Source: an uncultured Chloroflexia bacterium
GTDB taxonomy: Bacteria > Chloroflexota > UBA6077 > JACCZL01
Reading direction: 5' to 3'
Length of the DNA: 64,000 bases
Assembly: GCA_963765765.1 (NCBI GenBank)
Contig: CAVXYC010000029.1
Location: forward strand, 64,001-128,000
Of the stretch, positions 39,269 through 49,793 are shown piece after piece. The notes beneath the pieces are model-generated. The model did no database searches. It was not told the DNA's origin and saw only the letters and a list, made by a program, of their open reading frames with translations. Position 1 is the stretch's first letter. Each line of letters starts with the position of its first letter. The translations under genes and the position numbers were made by a program.

Positions 39269-40576
39269 ATGAACGGCCGGCTCCGCATCGTCCGCGGCCG
39301 CATCGTGGACCCTTCTCGCGCCCTGGATACGGTGGGCGACGTCATCGTGGAGCGCGGTGTTATCACGGGGATTACGCGATCGTCCGCGCCGATGGACGGT
39401 GAGACGCTCGTGGATGCCGAGGGCTGCATCGTAGCGCCGGGATTCATTGATCTCCACGCGCATCTACGCGAGCCGGGCTACGAGCACCAAGAGACGCTTT
39501 CGAGCGGTGGTCGAGCAGCGGCGGCCGGGGGATTCACAACGGTCTGCGCAACGCCCGACAGCGACCCCACAGTAGATACGGCTTCCGATGTCGAATCACT
39601 GATCTCCGCGGCAAGGAGCTCAGCGCCAATCCGGATTCTGCCACTCGGAACCGTTTCCAGACGTCAGCGCGGGGAAGAGCTTTCAGAGATGGTTGGGATG
39701 GCAACGGCTGGCGCAGTCGGATTCACCGATTCACCGCGTCACACTCGCAATGCTCGCATGCTCAAGCACGCGCTCGATTACAGTCGAATTGTGGAGCGTC
39801 CGATCATCGAGCAGCCCGAGGATTATGAGCTCGCCTACGGGGGACTCATGCACGAAGGGCCGGAAGCGACGTTATTGGGGCTGCCTGGTATTCCGCCCGA
39901 GGCGGAGGAGGTTGCCATTGCTCGAGCCATTGCGCTCGCACGTCTGACCGGCGGTCGGCTGCACCTCACCCTGGTCAGCACCGCTCGAGGCGTCGAGCTG
40001 GTGCGTAGGGCTAAGGAGTCTGGAATCCCCGTGACCGCCGATGTTACACCTCACCATCTCACCATGACCGACGCCTGGCTTGCCGGAAAAGGACACTCTG
40101 CTCGAATGTACGATCCCAACTGCAAAGTGTCGCCTCCGCTTCGGTCTGAGGAGGATCGGCAGGCTCTCGTCACAGGATTGAACGACGCCACGCTCGATTG
40201 CGTGGTGACGGACCATTTTCCGCTCACGCTCGTAGATAAACTCTGCGAGTTCGATCAAGCGGAATCAGGCATGGTGGGCCTGGAAACGGCACTCGCCTTA
40301 TTACTCCAGCTTGTGGAGAGCGGCGAAGTATCGTTCCCTCGCCTGCTGGCCGCGCTCACCACTGAGCCAGCTCGCGTGTTGGGCCTCGACGCCGGGACCC
40401 TCCGACAGGGCGCCCGCGCGGATGTGGTCGTTTTCCGTCCGGATGCGGAATGGACGGTGAATCCGGCACGCTTCATGTCTCGCGGACGCAACACGCCGCT
40501 GGATAGTGCTCAGCTCAAGGGGCGCGTGCTCCTCACAATCGTCGCAGGCGACGTGGTACATCGGGAGGCCGCTTGA
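39269..40576 (+). CDS. pyrC: Dihydroorotase-family protein (type I; possibly a degenerate PyrC')
   Basis: Motifs PGFIDLHAHLREPG, VTPHHL, PPLR and TDH. Start placed at ATG 39269, after the repeat element. Confidence 0.88.
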   Translation: MNGRLRIVRGRIVDPSRALDTVGDVIVERGVITGITRSSAPMDGETLVDAEGCIVAPGFIDLHAHLREPGYEHQETLSSGGRAAAAGGFTTVCATPDSDPTVDTASDVESLISAARSSAPIRILPLGTVSRRQRGEELSEMVGMATAGAVGFTDSPRHTRNARMLKHALDYSRIVERPIIEQPEDYELAYGGLMHEGPEATLLGLPGIPPEAEEVAIARAIALARLTGGRLHLTLVSTARGVELVRRAKESGIPVTADVTPHHLTMTDAWLAGKGHSARMYDPNCKVSPPLRSEEDRQALVTGLNDATLDCVVTDHFPLTLVDKLCEFDQAESGMVGLETALALLLQLVESGEVSFPRLLAALTTEPARVLGLDAGTLRQGARADVVVFRPDAEWTVNPARFMSRGRNTPLDSAQLKGRVLLTIVAGDVVHREAA

Positions 40577-41682
40577 CCGTGACTCAGATTGCTTCTTCGC
40601 CCCGCTGGGGAGCGCTCGTTCTAGAGGATGGCTCCAGCTTTGTGGGCAAGATGTTTGGAGCAGACGGGGAAACGGCCGCCGAAGTCGTTTTCAACACCGG
40701 CCTCACGGGTTATCAGGAGATCTGCACAGATCCTTCGTATCGCGGTCAGATGGTGGTGATGACGCATCCGCAGATCGGCAACTACGGGGTCTCGGATCGT
40801 GTGCGCGAATCAGACCAGCCCTGGCTGGCTGCACTCATCGTTCGGGATGCGTCGCCGGAGCCGCATCACTGGGATTCGCACACCACGATTGACGCGTACC
40901 TCTCCGAGTTCGGGATTCCGGGGCTGGCGGAGGTGGATACCAGAGCTATTACTCGTCGACTACGTACGCTGGGCACGCTTCGAGGTGTGCTGGCAAGAGT
41001 GCCGAGGCGACAGATCGATCTAGTGACGCGTGAGTCACTGGCGGAGCGCGCTCGTGCGTTGACGCTGCCCGTCATGGTGGGCGAAGTGTCTGGCCATACG
41101 CCATCGATGCTTGCGGAGTCCGATGGGCCGAGCATCGCGGTCGTCGACTGTGGCGTGAAATGGAGCATTGTGAGTCAGATCGAGAAACGTGGAGCCCGAG
41201 TCGTCCCATTTCCCTGGGACGTTTCGGCGGAGACCCTCATGGACGCACGACCGGACGGCGTGCTCATCGGAAATGGTCCAGGTGACCCAGCACTACTCGA
41301 TGCGCCGGTTCAGACCGCCACACGCTTGCTCGAATCGGGAACGCCGCTTCTGGGTATCTGTTTAGGACACCAGATCATTGGCCGCGCCGGCGGTGGCGAA
41401 ACGACGCGGCTGCCGTTTGGCCATCACGGCGCTAACCACCCCATCAAAGATGAGCGCAACGGACGTGTCTACATCACGAGCCAGAATCACGAGTTCCAGG
41501 TCGCGGAGACGCGCGAGCTACTGGAATCCGGCTTCCGAGTCAGTCACCGCAGCCTCAATGACGGTTCAGTGGAAGGACTTGTTCACGGTGAGCTTCCCGT
41601 AAGGACGGTCCAATTTCATCCCGAGGGCGGCCCTGGGCCCAAGGATGCTGCAACGATCTTTGACGAGTTCCTCTGGCCCTAG
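40573..41682 (+). CDS. carA: Carbamoyl-phosphate synthase small subunit
   Basis: Motifs EVVFNTG..GYQE..TDPSY, GPGDP, GICLGHQ and QFHPE. The true end is probably 41708 (see indel finding). Confidence 0.96.
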   Translation: MTVTQIASSPRWGALVLEDGSSFVGKMFGADGETAAEVVFNTGLTGYQEICTDPSYRGQMVVMTHPQIGNYGVSDRVRESDQPWLAALIVRDASPEPHHWDSHTTIDAYLSEFGIPGLAEVDTRAITRRLRTLGTLRGVLARVPRRQIDLVTRESLAERARALTLPVMVGEVSGHTPSMLAESDGPSIAVVDCGVKWSIVSQIEKRGARVVPFPWDVSAETLMDARPDGVLIGNGPGDPALLDAPVQTATRLLESGTPLLGICLGHQIIGRAGGGETTRLPFGHHGANHPIKDERNGRVYITSQNHEFQVAETRELLESGFRVSHRSLNDGSVEGLVHGELPVRTVQFHPEGGPGPKDAATIFDEFLWP

Positions 41683-41707
41683 TTCGTGATTCCGCAGAGA
41701 GGCGCTA

Positions 41708-44700
41708 ATGCCAGGTAAGCCGTCATCGGTACTCGTTATCGGAAGCGGTCCGATCATCATCGGACAGGCTGCCGAATTCGACTACGCGGGTACGCAGGCC
41801 TGCCGCGCTCTTCGTGAAGAGGGCATTCGAACCATTCTGGTCAACTCGAATCCCGCCACCATCATGACCGACCCTGGGGTCGCGGACGCGGTCTACCTCG
41901 AGCCACTCACGCTAGGTGTCGTATCCGAGATTCTTCGTCGCGAGCGTCCTGAAGGGCTGCTCGGAACGCTGGGCGGCCAGACAGGTCTAAACCTGACAGT
42001 GGCGCTTTCCAAAACGGGAATCCTGGAAGAGCTTGGCGTTCGACCACTTGGCACGCCGGTCTCATCGATCATCGCTGCCGAGGACCGCGAAGAGTTCAAA
42101 CAGCTCCTCATCGAAATAGGAGAGCCCGTCCCTCCAAGTGTTGCCGCGACGACTGTCCAGCAGGCGATGGATTTTGCTGCGGAGATCGGATACCCCGTTG
42201 TCGTCAGGCCCGCCTTCACGCTGGGCGGCACAGGGGGTGGCTTCGCGGATACGCCTGAGGAGCTTGAGCGTCTCGCCGAGTACGGCCTGCAACTCTCCCC
42301 GGTTGGCCAGGTGCTTGTGGAACGCTCGTTGATGGGCTGGAAAGAGCTCGAGTACGAGGTCATGCGGGATGCAGATGACACGTGCGTCGTCATCTGCAAT
42401 ATGGAGAACATCGACCCGATGGGCGTCCACACGGGCGACTCCATCGTAGTTGCCCCCAGTCAGACCCTCTCCGATCGCGAATATCAGATGCTGCGGGCAG
42501 CAGCCCTGCGGATCATCCGCGCGCTCAAGATCGAGGGTGGTTGCAACTGCCAGTTCGCGCTCGACCCGCACTCGGAGCAGTACTACGTAATCGAGGTCAA
42601 TCCGCGCGTTTCGCGATCGTCGGCCCTTGCCTCAAAGGCGACAGGCTATCCAATCGCGCGGGTCGCGACCAAGATCGCAATTGGTGGCAAGCTGGCCGAG
42701 ATCCGAAACACCGTGACGGGCAAGACGACGGCCGCGTTCGAACCGTCGATCGACTATCTGGTGGTAAAGATCCCGCGTTGGCCCTTTGACAAGTTCCGAG
42801 ATGGTGATCGCGTGTTAGGGACACAGATGAAAGCCACCGGCGAGGTTATGGCCATCGATCGCTGCTTCGAGGCGGCACTTCAAAAAGCGGTGCGCTCGCT
42901 GGACGTGGGCGACAAGCCACTGAGCTGGGAAGATCCCGCCTGGCACTCAGCAGAACGGATTCCACCTACCGCCCTGGTGAAACAGGCGACCGACCAGCGG
43001 ATATGGGCGCTTATGGCGGCTCTTCGGCGCGGCCAATCGGTTGACGAGGTGGCGGCCATATCGCTTGTCGATCGCTTCTTCCTGGTCAAGCTCTCCAACA
43101 TTGTGGCTATGGAGCGCCGGCTTCTCGCGGAGCGCTTGACGCCCGACTTGCTATGGGATGCGAAACGGCTGGGCTTCTCAGATGCGCAGATTGCTGAGCT
43201 CGCTGACTCGCTAGAGGACCGGGTGCGCGAGTTACGCAAGGCTCACGGAATCATCCCGGCCTACAAGATGGTGGATACCTGCGCTGCCGAATTCGATGCT
43301 GAAACGCCGTACTTCTACAGCACCTACGAGGACGAGAACGAAGCGGAGCCGATGGGAACGAGAAGCTCGGTAGTGCTCGGCGCAGGGCCTATCCGAATTG
43401 GGCAGGGCATCGAATTCGACTACTGCAGCGTTCGCGGTTCGAGCGCGCTACGTGATGCAAATGTTCCCAGCATTCTTATAAATAACAACCCGGAGACGGT
43501 GAGTACTGATTTTGACGCATCTTCACGTCTCTATTTCGAGCCACTCGATGCTGAATCCGTGCTTGACATTCTAGAGAATGAGTCCAGTGAGGACGGCGGC
43601 TTACCCAGCGTGGCGGCCCAGTTTGGCGGGCAGACCGCGATTAACCTGGCTGAGCCGCTCGAGAAAGCCGGAGTGCATCTTCTTGGAGGCGGGCGCGGAC
43701 CCATCGACGTCGCAGAGGATCGCCGGCAATTTGAGCTGTTGGCAGCCGAGCTCGGCGTCCCGCAGCCGCCAGGCGCTGCGGTGACTACTACTGAAGATGC
43801 GCTCCACGTGGCATCCACGATCGGCTACCCGGTCATCGTCCGCCCATCGTACGTCCTGGGCGGTAGGGCGATGGAAATCGTCTACAACGAGGAAGAGTTG
43901 CTCGGCTACCTCCGCCAAGCCGGAGAAATGTCGTTCCGTCGCCCGGTACTGGTGGACAAATATCTCGAGGGCCGCGAGGTCGAAGTTGACGCGATCTCCG
44001 ACGGTACAAACGTCCTCATCCCGGGCATCATGGAGCACATCGAGCGTGCCGGGGTTCATTCGGGCGACAGTATGGCGGTTTACCCCACGCAACGCCTTAC
44101 GGAGGAGGAGCTCGAGCGAATCGCCGATTTCACTGAGCGCCTGGCAATGGGCTTGCAGATTCGCGGGCTTTTCAATATTCAGTTCGTAGTCTTCCAGGGC
44201 CAGGTCCTGGTGCTCGAGGTCAACCCGCGCTCAAGCCGCACCGTTCCGTTCCTTTCAAAAATCACTGACATACCAATGGTGGATATCGCGGTCCGCGCGA
44301 TGCTCGGCGACTCAATCATCGAGCAGGGATACAAGCCGGGCTTGGCACGCATCAAGCCGCTTGTGGCGGTCAAAGCGCCCGTATTCTCGACATCCAAGCT
44401 TCGCGGCGTGGACAGCTATCTTGGGCCCGAAATGCGGTCGACTGGCGAGGTCATTGGCCTCGGGCGGGATGAGGAGACCGCGCTGATCAAGGCCCTCACC
44501 GCTGCATCGCTCCTGCCGAAGCCCGAAGGCGGTCTCTTCATCTCAGTGGCAGACCGTGACAAGGACGAGCTCATCCCCCTCGCCCGACAAGCCGCAGCCC
44601 TCGGGTACACGCTCTACGCGACGCAGGGAACAAAGGCCGCATTGGAGCGAGGTGGAATCGTCTCACACCTGGTGCATCGACGTCTCGACGAAGGGCATCC

Positions 44701-44959
44701 GAACTCCGTGGATTTAATCGAACGGGGGCAGGTCGTCGGCGTCGTGAATACTGTCTCCGCCGGTCGTGGTCCTCTCAGGGACGGATTTGAGATTCGCCGA
44801 GCGGCGGTCGAACGCGGCGTACCGTGCTTTACCTCATTAGATACATTTCGGGCCGTAATGCACGCGCTGTCGAGTCCCGGGGCATCACTTGCACCTTTCC
44901 CCCTGGACACGTATTTGAAGGAGCCTGTCGAGAGCGAGCCGGTGGGGGCGCAAGCGTGA
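41708..44959 (+). CDS. carB: Carbamoyl-phosphate synthase large subunit
   Basis: GSGPIIIGQAAEFDYAG, two ATP-grasp halves (EVNPRVSRSS and EVNPRSSRT), and an MGS tail. Confidence 0.98.
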   Translation: MPGKPSSVLVIGSGPIIIGQAAEFDYAGTQACRALREEGIRTILVNSNPATIMTDPGVADAVYLEPLTLGVVSEILRRERPEGLLGTLGGQTGLNLTVALSKTGILEELGVRPLGTPVSSIIAAEDREEFKQLLIEIGEPVPPSVAATTVQQAMDFAAEIGYPVVVRPAFTLGGTGGGFADTPEELERLAEYGLQLSPVGQVLVERSLMGWKELEYEVMRDADDTCVVICNMENIDPMGVHTGDSIVVAPSQTLSDREYQMLRAAALRIIRALKIEGGCNCQFALDPHSEQYYVIEVNPRVSRSSALASKATGYPIARVATKIAIGGKLAEIRNTVTGKTTAAFEPSIDYLVVKIPRWPFDKFRDGDRVLGTQMKATGEVMAIDRCFEAALQKAVRSLDVGDKPLSWEDPAWHSAERIPPTALVKQATDQRIWALMAALRRGQSVDEVAAISLVDRFFLVKLSNIVAMERRLLAERLTPDLLWDAKRLGFSDAQIAELADSLEDRVRELRKAHGIIPAYKMVDTCAAEFDAETPYFYSTYEDENEAEPMGTRSSVVLGAGPIRIGQGIEFDYCSVRGSSALRDANVPSILINNNPETVSTDFDASSRLYFEPLDAESVLDILENESSEDGGLPSVAAQFGGQTAINLAEPLEKAGVHLLGGGRGPIDVAEDRRQFELLAAELGVPQPPGAAVTTTEDALHVASTIGYPVIVRPSYVLGGRAMEIVYNEEELLGYLRQAGEMSFRRPVLVDKYLEGREVEVDAISDGTNVLIPGIMEHIERAGVHSGDSMAVYPTQRLTEEELERIADFTERLAMGLQIRGLFNIQFVVFQGQVLVLEVNPRSSRTVPFLSKITDIPMVDIAVRAMLGDSIIEQGYKPGLARIKPLVAVKAPVFSTSKLRGVDSYLGPEMRSTGEVIGLGRDEETALIKALTAASLLPKPEGGLFISVADRDKDELIPLARQAAALGYTLYATQGTKAALERGGIVSHLVHRRLDEGHPNSVDLIERGQVVGVVNTVSAGRGPLRDGFEIRRAAVERGVPCFTSLDTFRAVMHALSSPGASLAPFPLDTYLKEPVESEPVGAQA

Positions 44960-45729
44960 ACATTGTCCCCGCGCTTGTCCGTTCGTCAGAAGAGGTCATG
45001 CCGCGCACGTTCATTCTGCGCCTGGTGGCCGACGATCTAGCCAGCGCCAGACCCGGCCAATTCGTCCACGTTCGCACGACGTCGTCCTATGACCCGCTTC
45101 TACGACGGCCCATGAGTATCTACCTCATTCATGAGGACGGTGTTTCGATTCTGGTTCGCGATGTAGGTCGAGGCAGCGGATTGATTTCCGCCACGCGGCC
45201 CGGCGAGACGATTGACGTAATCGGGCCGCTTGGAAAGCCATTTGAGCTGCGCTCCGAAGAGAAGAATCTCCTCATGATTGGTGGCGGCTATGGTGTGGCG
45301 CCATTGCTCGGTCTAGCTCGGGATGCTCTCGACATGGGCTCACAGGTAACACTTCTCGTTGGGGCGGCGACAGCACCGTTCGTGTTTCCTGGTGATCGAG
45401 TTCCCGAGTCTATCCGCTACCGACCCGCTACTGTGGACGGCACCCTCGGTCATCAGGGATTCATTACCGAGCTCATTGCTGAGCATCTCGATCAGGTAGA
45501 CTGCGTCTACGCTTGCGGCCCTACAGGCATGCTGGAGGCAGTTCACACAGCATGTTCCACTCGCCCCGAGACACGCGTGGAGGTTTCTCTGGAGCAGCAA
45601 ATGGGTTGTGCCATGGGTGTATGTCTCGGATGTGTTATTCCAACCAGTCGTGGCTATCAGCGCGTCTGCCGCGATGGGCCAGTCTTCGATTCGTCAACGG
45701 TGCACTGGGGGACCTGGAATGACCTCTAG
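44956..45729 (+). CDS. pyrK: Dihydroorotate dehydrogenase electron transfer subunit
   Basis: Motifs PGQF, LRRPMS, GGGYGVAP, ACGP and the 2Fe-2S motif MGCAMGVCLGC...C. GTG start at 44956. Confidence 0.93.
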   Translation: MNIVPALVRSSEEVMPRTFILRLVADDLASARPGQFVHVRTTSSYDPLLRRPMSIYLIHEDGVSILVRDVGRGSGLISATRPGETIDVIGPLGKPFELRSEEKNLLMIGGGYGVAPLLGLARDALDMGSQVTLLVGAATAPFVFPGDRVPESIRYRPATVDGTLGHQGFITELIAEHLDQVDCVYACGPTGMLEAVHTACSTRPETRVEVSLEQQMGCAMGVCLGCVIPTSRGYQRVCRDGPVFDSSTVHWGTWNDL

Positions 45730-46672
45730 GCTTGATGTCAACCTGGCTCCTAACCATCCTCGTGGCTTGCATCTGCGGAATCCGGTCCTCGTCGCCTCAG
45801 GGACGTTCGGCTACGGCACCGAGTATCGCGATCTCGTCGATGTCGACCGAATAGGCGCGTTGTGCTCCAAAGGCGTTACCGTGAAGCCGCGCGCAGGAAA
45901 CCCAACCCCGCGCATTGCCGAAACACCGGCCGGGATGCTGAACGCCATTGGTCTTCAAAACATTGGCGTCGATCGGGTTGTCTCTGAAATGGCGCCCATC
46001 TGGGCGACCTGGACAGTTCCGGTCATCGTCAACGTTTCGGGTGAGTCGCTCGATGAGTTTGAGCATCTCGCGGCCACGCTGGACGGCGTGCCGGGGGTGG
46101 CAGGTCTTGAGCTGAACATCTCCTGTCCGAACATCACTCGCGGCGGTAGGCTCTTCGCCGATGACGCCGAGTCAGCCGCGGCGGCGACGCGGGCAGTGCG
46201 GCGCAACACATCATTGCCGATGATGGTGAAACTCTCTCCGAACGTGAACGACATAGTCACGATCGCCCGAGCAGTAGAAGCCGAAGGGACCGATGCGATC
46301 TCCCTGATCAATACGCTCGTGGCGATGCAGATCGACCTGGAGCGTCGTCGGCCACGCATTGCGAACATCACCGCCGGACTGTCGGGGCCGGCGGTCCGGC
46401 CCGTTGCCGTGCGGATGGTCTATCAGATCGCCCAGGCTGTCAGGGTCCCAATCGTTGGCATAGGTGGGATCTCAGAAACCGATCATGCACTGGAATTTAT
46501 GATGGCAGGGGCGACCGCGATCCAGGTCGGCACGGCTAACTTCGTCAATCCTCGCGCATCCACCGAGATCATCGATGGACTCGACTCGTACGCATCAAGT
46601 CACGAACTGGAACATATACGTGACGTCGTCGGAGCGGCGTTACCGAGCCGCGAAACCGCACGTGCTCGTTGA
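45719..46672 (+). CDS. pyrD: Dihydroorotate dehydrogenase, family 1B catalytic subunit
   Basis: Motifs ASGTFG, NAIGLQN, ELNISCPN, KLSPN and GLSGPA. ATG start at 45719. Confidence 0.95.
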   Translation: MTSRLDVNLAPNHPRGLHLRNPVLVASGTFGYGTEYRDLVDVDRIGALCSKGVTVKPRAGNPTPRIAETPAGMLNAIGLQNIGVDRVVSEMAPIWATWTVPVIVNVSGESLDEFEHLAATLDGVPGVAGLELNISCPNITRGGRLFADDAESAAAATRAVRRNTSLPMMVKLSPNVNDIVTIARAVEAEGTDAISLINTLVAMQIDLERRRPRIANITAGLSGPAVRPVAVRMVYQIAQAVRVPIVGIGGISETDHALEFMMAGATAIQVGTANFVNPRASTEIIDGLDSYASSHELEHIRDVVGAALPSRETARAR

Positions 46673-46777
46673 CAATAAGGCGCGGCTCCAAGGGCCGCTG
46701 CGGCAAATGATGCAACGAAGTACAGTTGAAACCAGTGCGTTGAACCGACCCGATACGTGTGGTATCGTCCTGCCCCG

Positions 46778-47746
46778 ATGTCACTGATCTACCGATTCCT
46801 GGCTGGCGCGCTGGCAGCGTCCGCATTCCTTATTGCGGCTCTGCTTGGTGGTTGGACGCCCGTTCGCGATCGTTCTGTCGAGCCGCAGATTGGGCGGATA
46901 GCGCCGGCGGGACGCATTCTCTACGTGCGTGACGGCAACATCTGGCTCTGGGATGCGGGAGGAACTCGTCAGCTTACGACTGGAGAGACATGGCGACAGC
47001 CCGCGTTCTCCCCTGACGGCAACTCGATTGCCTACGTTTATAGAGGCCAAAACTTCTCAGACATTTTTGTCATGAAGGACGACGGTTCAGAGAATCGTAG
47101 GCTGACCCGAGGACAAGCCCGCCTTCTCGATGACAATGATTGGGTGTTCCGCCCTACCTGGACGCCTGATGGAACACAGATCGCCTTCATGGCCGATACC
47201 GGAAGTCCTTTCCTACTTCCCTGGACGATGAACACCGAGGGCGAAGCCCGTCGACAGCTCCAGCTCGGAGGCGCATTCGAAATGGTGGATAGTGTGGCCT
47301 GGGCTCCGGATGGAAAGCGACTGGCAATCAGCGGCTTCGTTCGAAGTCCATCGGGTCAGCCACTGCCGGGGCAGGTCTACGTATGGGAAGCGGGTAAGTC
47401 GGCGCAGCCGTTTACTGAGAATCAGAACGGCGCATACGATCCAGCATGGTCTCCCAATGGAGAATGGTTGGCATTCGCCGCGCGAAATGGCCCGCGATCG
47501 AACGTCTACGCACGTCGCGTCGAGGATGGCGAGGAAGTGCAGCTCTCCAAGCTGGAGCTGTCCCGTAGTCCAGCGTGGTCGCCTGATGGAAAATCCATCG
47601 CGTTCCTCTCGGGTCAAAATGGAAGCTTTGACGTCATGGTGGTCGATGTCTCCATAGATGACAGACACCTGACTGTGAGCAATGAGCGCACTCTGATCGC
47701 CGAAGCCTCAGCCGACGCCATCTCAGGATTGTCGTGGGCACCATGA
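46778..47746 (+). CDS. Secreted/anchored TolB-like (PD40 repeat) beta-propeller protein
   Basis: N-terminal hydrophobic segment; repeats PAFSPDG, PTWTPDG, AWAPDG, PAWSPNG and PAWSPDG. Upstream TTGAAC-N17-TATCGT promoter (46740-46768). Confidence 0.85.
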   Translation: MSLIYRFLAGALAASAFLIAALLGGWTPVRDRSVEPQIGRIAPAGRILYVRDGNIWLWDAGGTRQLTTGETWRQPAFSPDGNSIAYVYRGQNFSDIFVMKDDGSENRRLTRGQARLLDDNDWVFRPTWTPDGTQIAFMADTGSPFLLPWTMNTEGEARRQLQLGGAFEMVDSVAWAPDGKRLAISGFVRSPSGQPLPGQVYVWEAGKSAQPFTENQNGAYDPAWSPNGEWLAFAARNGPRSNVYARRVEDGEEVQLSKLELSRSPAWSPDGKSIAFLSGQNGSFDVMVVDVSIDDRHLTVSNERTLIAEASADAISGLSWAP

Positions 47747-47773
47747 GTCCCATAAGGGACCTGGAGTGTAGCC

Positions 47774-48130
47774 TTGGCAGATAGGGAGTCAGGGCGCCGG
47801 CGTGGTGGCTGGGCCAGTTTGGCCATGCTCCTGATAATCCCGATGTTGATTTACGCCGCCGTGTCGATCAGCGGCCGTTGGTTGCAGACGAGGACCCTCG
47901 TGGCTGAGGCGAGGACGGTTCAGGATGATGTCAGCAAGTCTCGGTTGGAGAACCAGCGCTTGCAGACTGCGATCGCCGTGGCTCGCACTGACCAGGCGAT
48001 CGAGTCACTCGCTCGCGAGGAGCTCGGTTTAATCAAGCCGGGCGATACGCCTGTGATCCTACTTGCGCCCACGGTGACCGCGACCGTTGCGCAGGTCGGC
48101 CGAGCAATGACGCCAACGCCACGTCCCTGA
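47774..48130 (+). CDS. Septum formation initiator (FtsB/DivIC family)
   Basis: TM helix, coiled coil, and IESLAREELGLIKPGD. Confidence 0.85.
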   Translation: MADRESGRRRGGWASLAMLLIIPMLIYAAVSISGRWLQTRTLVAEARTVQDDVSKSRLENQRLQTAIAVARTDQAIESLAREELGLIKPGDTPVILLAPTVTATVAQVGRAMTPTPRP

Positions 48131-48135
48131 GTTCG

Positions 48136-49230
48136 GTGGGACTCCAGACCGGCACCGAAAATGACCGGATTGGAGAGGCGATGGCGGATGCTTTCCGTTC
48201 TCGACTTCTTCCGAATAGGGGAAGCGTTCTGGTGGCAGTTTCTGGGGGTCAGGATTCTCTGGCACTTCTGCATGCCGCGCTCGCCTCCGCTCCGAAAGAC
48301 GTTGACGTATGCGCTGCTCATGTGGATCACGGTCTGAGGCCGTCTTCCGCATCCGATGCGGCGCATGTTGCGCGCACTGCCCGAAATCTTGGGGCTCGGA
48401 TCGTGCAACGCAGATACAACGTAGAACGGTGGTTGGCAGGAACCCATGCCAATATTGAAGGGGCAGCCCGCTCCGTTCGTTATCGGCTTCTGCATGAAAT
48501 TTCTCAGACGCTTGGTGGTGGTCCGGTGATTACCGGCCACACAGGCGACGACCAGGTGGAGACTGTGCTGCTCCATCTGCTTCGGGGAGCGGGGGCAGAA
48601 GGGTTGGTGGGACTTCAACCGCGACAAAACTTTCCGGTGACCGCGTTTGGCCCCACACCACCAAGACTTGGCCGGATCAAGGGAGAGCTAACGCTTATCC
48701 GCCCATTGCTCGACGTGGAGCGCTGGGAAACGGCGGCGTACTGCGAACGGCATGGTCTACAGTGGATCTTGGATGAATCGAACGCGGACGTAGCATTGAC
48801 GCGGAACCGTATTCGACATCATCTCGTCCCCTTGCTCGAGACCTACAATCCTTCTGTTCGACTGGCGATCCGTAGGCTCGCTTCGCTCGTTCGCGACGAC
48901 ATTGGGCTCATCGAAACAGTGGTCGAGCAAGAATGGCAGACCCAGGCCAGAGTTAACGCCTCTTCGGTGAGCATCGATCTGGAGACATTTCTTGCCTACC
49001 AGCGAGCGGTCGCGAGTCGACTGCTACGACGTTCAGCAAGCTACCTGGAATCGCAGGTGACTCTCTCATTCGAACAGGTCAACCGCTGCATGAGTCTGGC
49101 GTTTTCTGGCTCCGGCACAACGCGGTTGCCCGGGGGTCTCCAATGGCGCGTCTCAAATTCTACCGTGGACATTATTCGACTCTCAGACACTGTTACGGAC
49201 AAGGACGCTGAGAGGACAAACGGGAGATGA
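48136..49230 (+). CDS. tilS: tRNA(Ile)-lysidine synthetase
   Basis: Motifs VAVSGGQDS, HVDHGLR, GHTGDDQVET, RPLL and RNRIRH; tilS-hpt-ftsH synteny. Start may be 48181. Confidence 0.93.
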   Translation: MGLQTGTENDRIGEAMADAFRSRLLPNRGSVLVAVSGGQDSLALLHAALASAPKDVDVCAAHVDHGLRPSSASDAAHVARTARNLGARIVQRRYNVERWLAGTHANIEGAARSVRYRLLHEISQTLGGGPVITGHTGDDQVETVLLHLLRGAGAEGLVGLQPRQNFPVTAFGPTPPRLGRIKGELTLIRPLLDVERWETAAYCERHGLQWILDESNADVALTRNRIRHHLVPLLETYNPSVRLAIRRLASLVRDDIGLIETVVEQEWQTQARVNASSVSIDLETFLAYQRAVASRLLRRSASYLESQVTLSFEQVNRCMSLAFSGSGTTRLPGGLQWRVSNSTVDIIRLSDTVTDKDAERTNGR

Positions 49231-49793
49231 GCTCGGTCAATGCCGGCTCCTGGGCACCGGAGGACGATATGGAATCGGTCCTCCTGGCTAAAGATGAGAT
49301 CCAGAAGCGCGTGCGAGAGCTAGGCGAAGCGATTACGCGCGACTATCAGAGACGGCCACTCGTTCTTGTATGTGTGCTGAAGGGCGCGGCGCCGTTCTTT
49401 GTCGATCTCATTCGCGTCATCGACTTGCCAATCCATACAGACTTCATCGCAATTTCGAGCTATGGCTCCAGCACGAAAAGCAGCGGCGTGGTTCGCTTCC
49501 TCAAAGATCTTGATTCGCCGATTGAAGGGAAGGATGTGCTCATCGTCGAGGACATCGTGGACACTGGGCTGACTCTGCGGTACATTCTTCACAATCTCGC
49601 AACCCGGCAACCTGCGAGCGTCAAGGTTTGCGCATTACTGTTGAAGGACCGCGAGCGAGCACAGGACATCACCGTGGACTACGTCGGCTTCCACATTCCA
49701 GACAAGTTCGTGGTGGGATACGGACTAGATTATGCCGAGCGTTACCGAAATTTGAGCTATATCGGCATTCTCAAACCGTCAGTGTATCAGTAG
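49227..49793 (+). CDS. hpt: Hypoxanthine phosphoribosyltransferase
   Basis: Motifs VLKGA, VEDIVDTGLTL and FVVGYGLDY. Confidence 0.97.
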   Translation: MSSVNAGSWAPEDDMESVLLAKDEIQKRVRELGEAITRDYQRRPLVLVCVLKGAAPFFVDLIRVIDLPIHTDFIAISSYGSSTKSSGVVRFLKDLDSPIEGKDVLIVEDIVDTGLTLRYILHNLATRQPASVKVCALLLKDRERAQDITVDYVGFHIPDKFVVGYGLDYAERYRNLSYIGILKPSVYQ

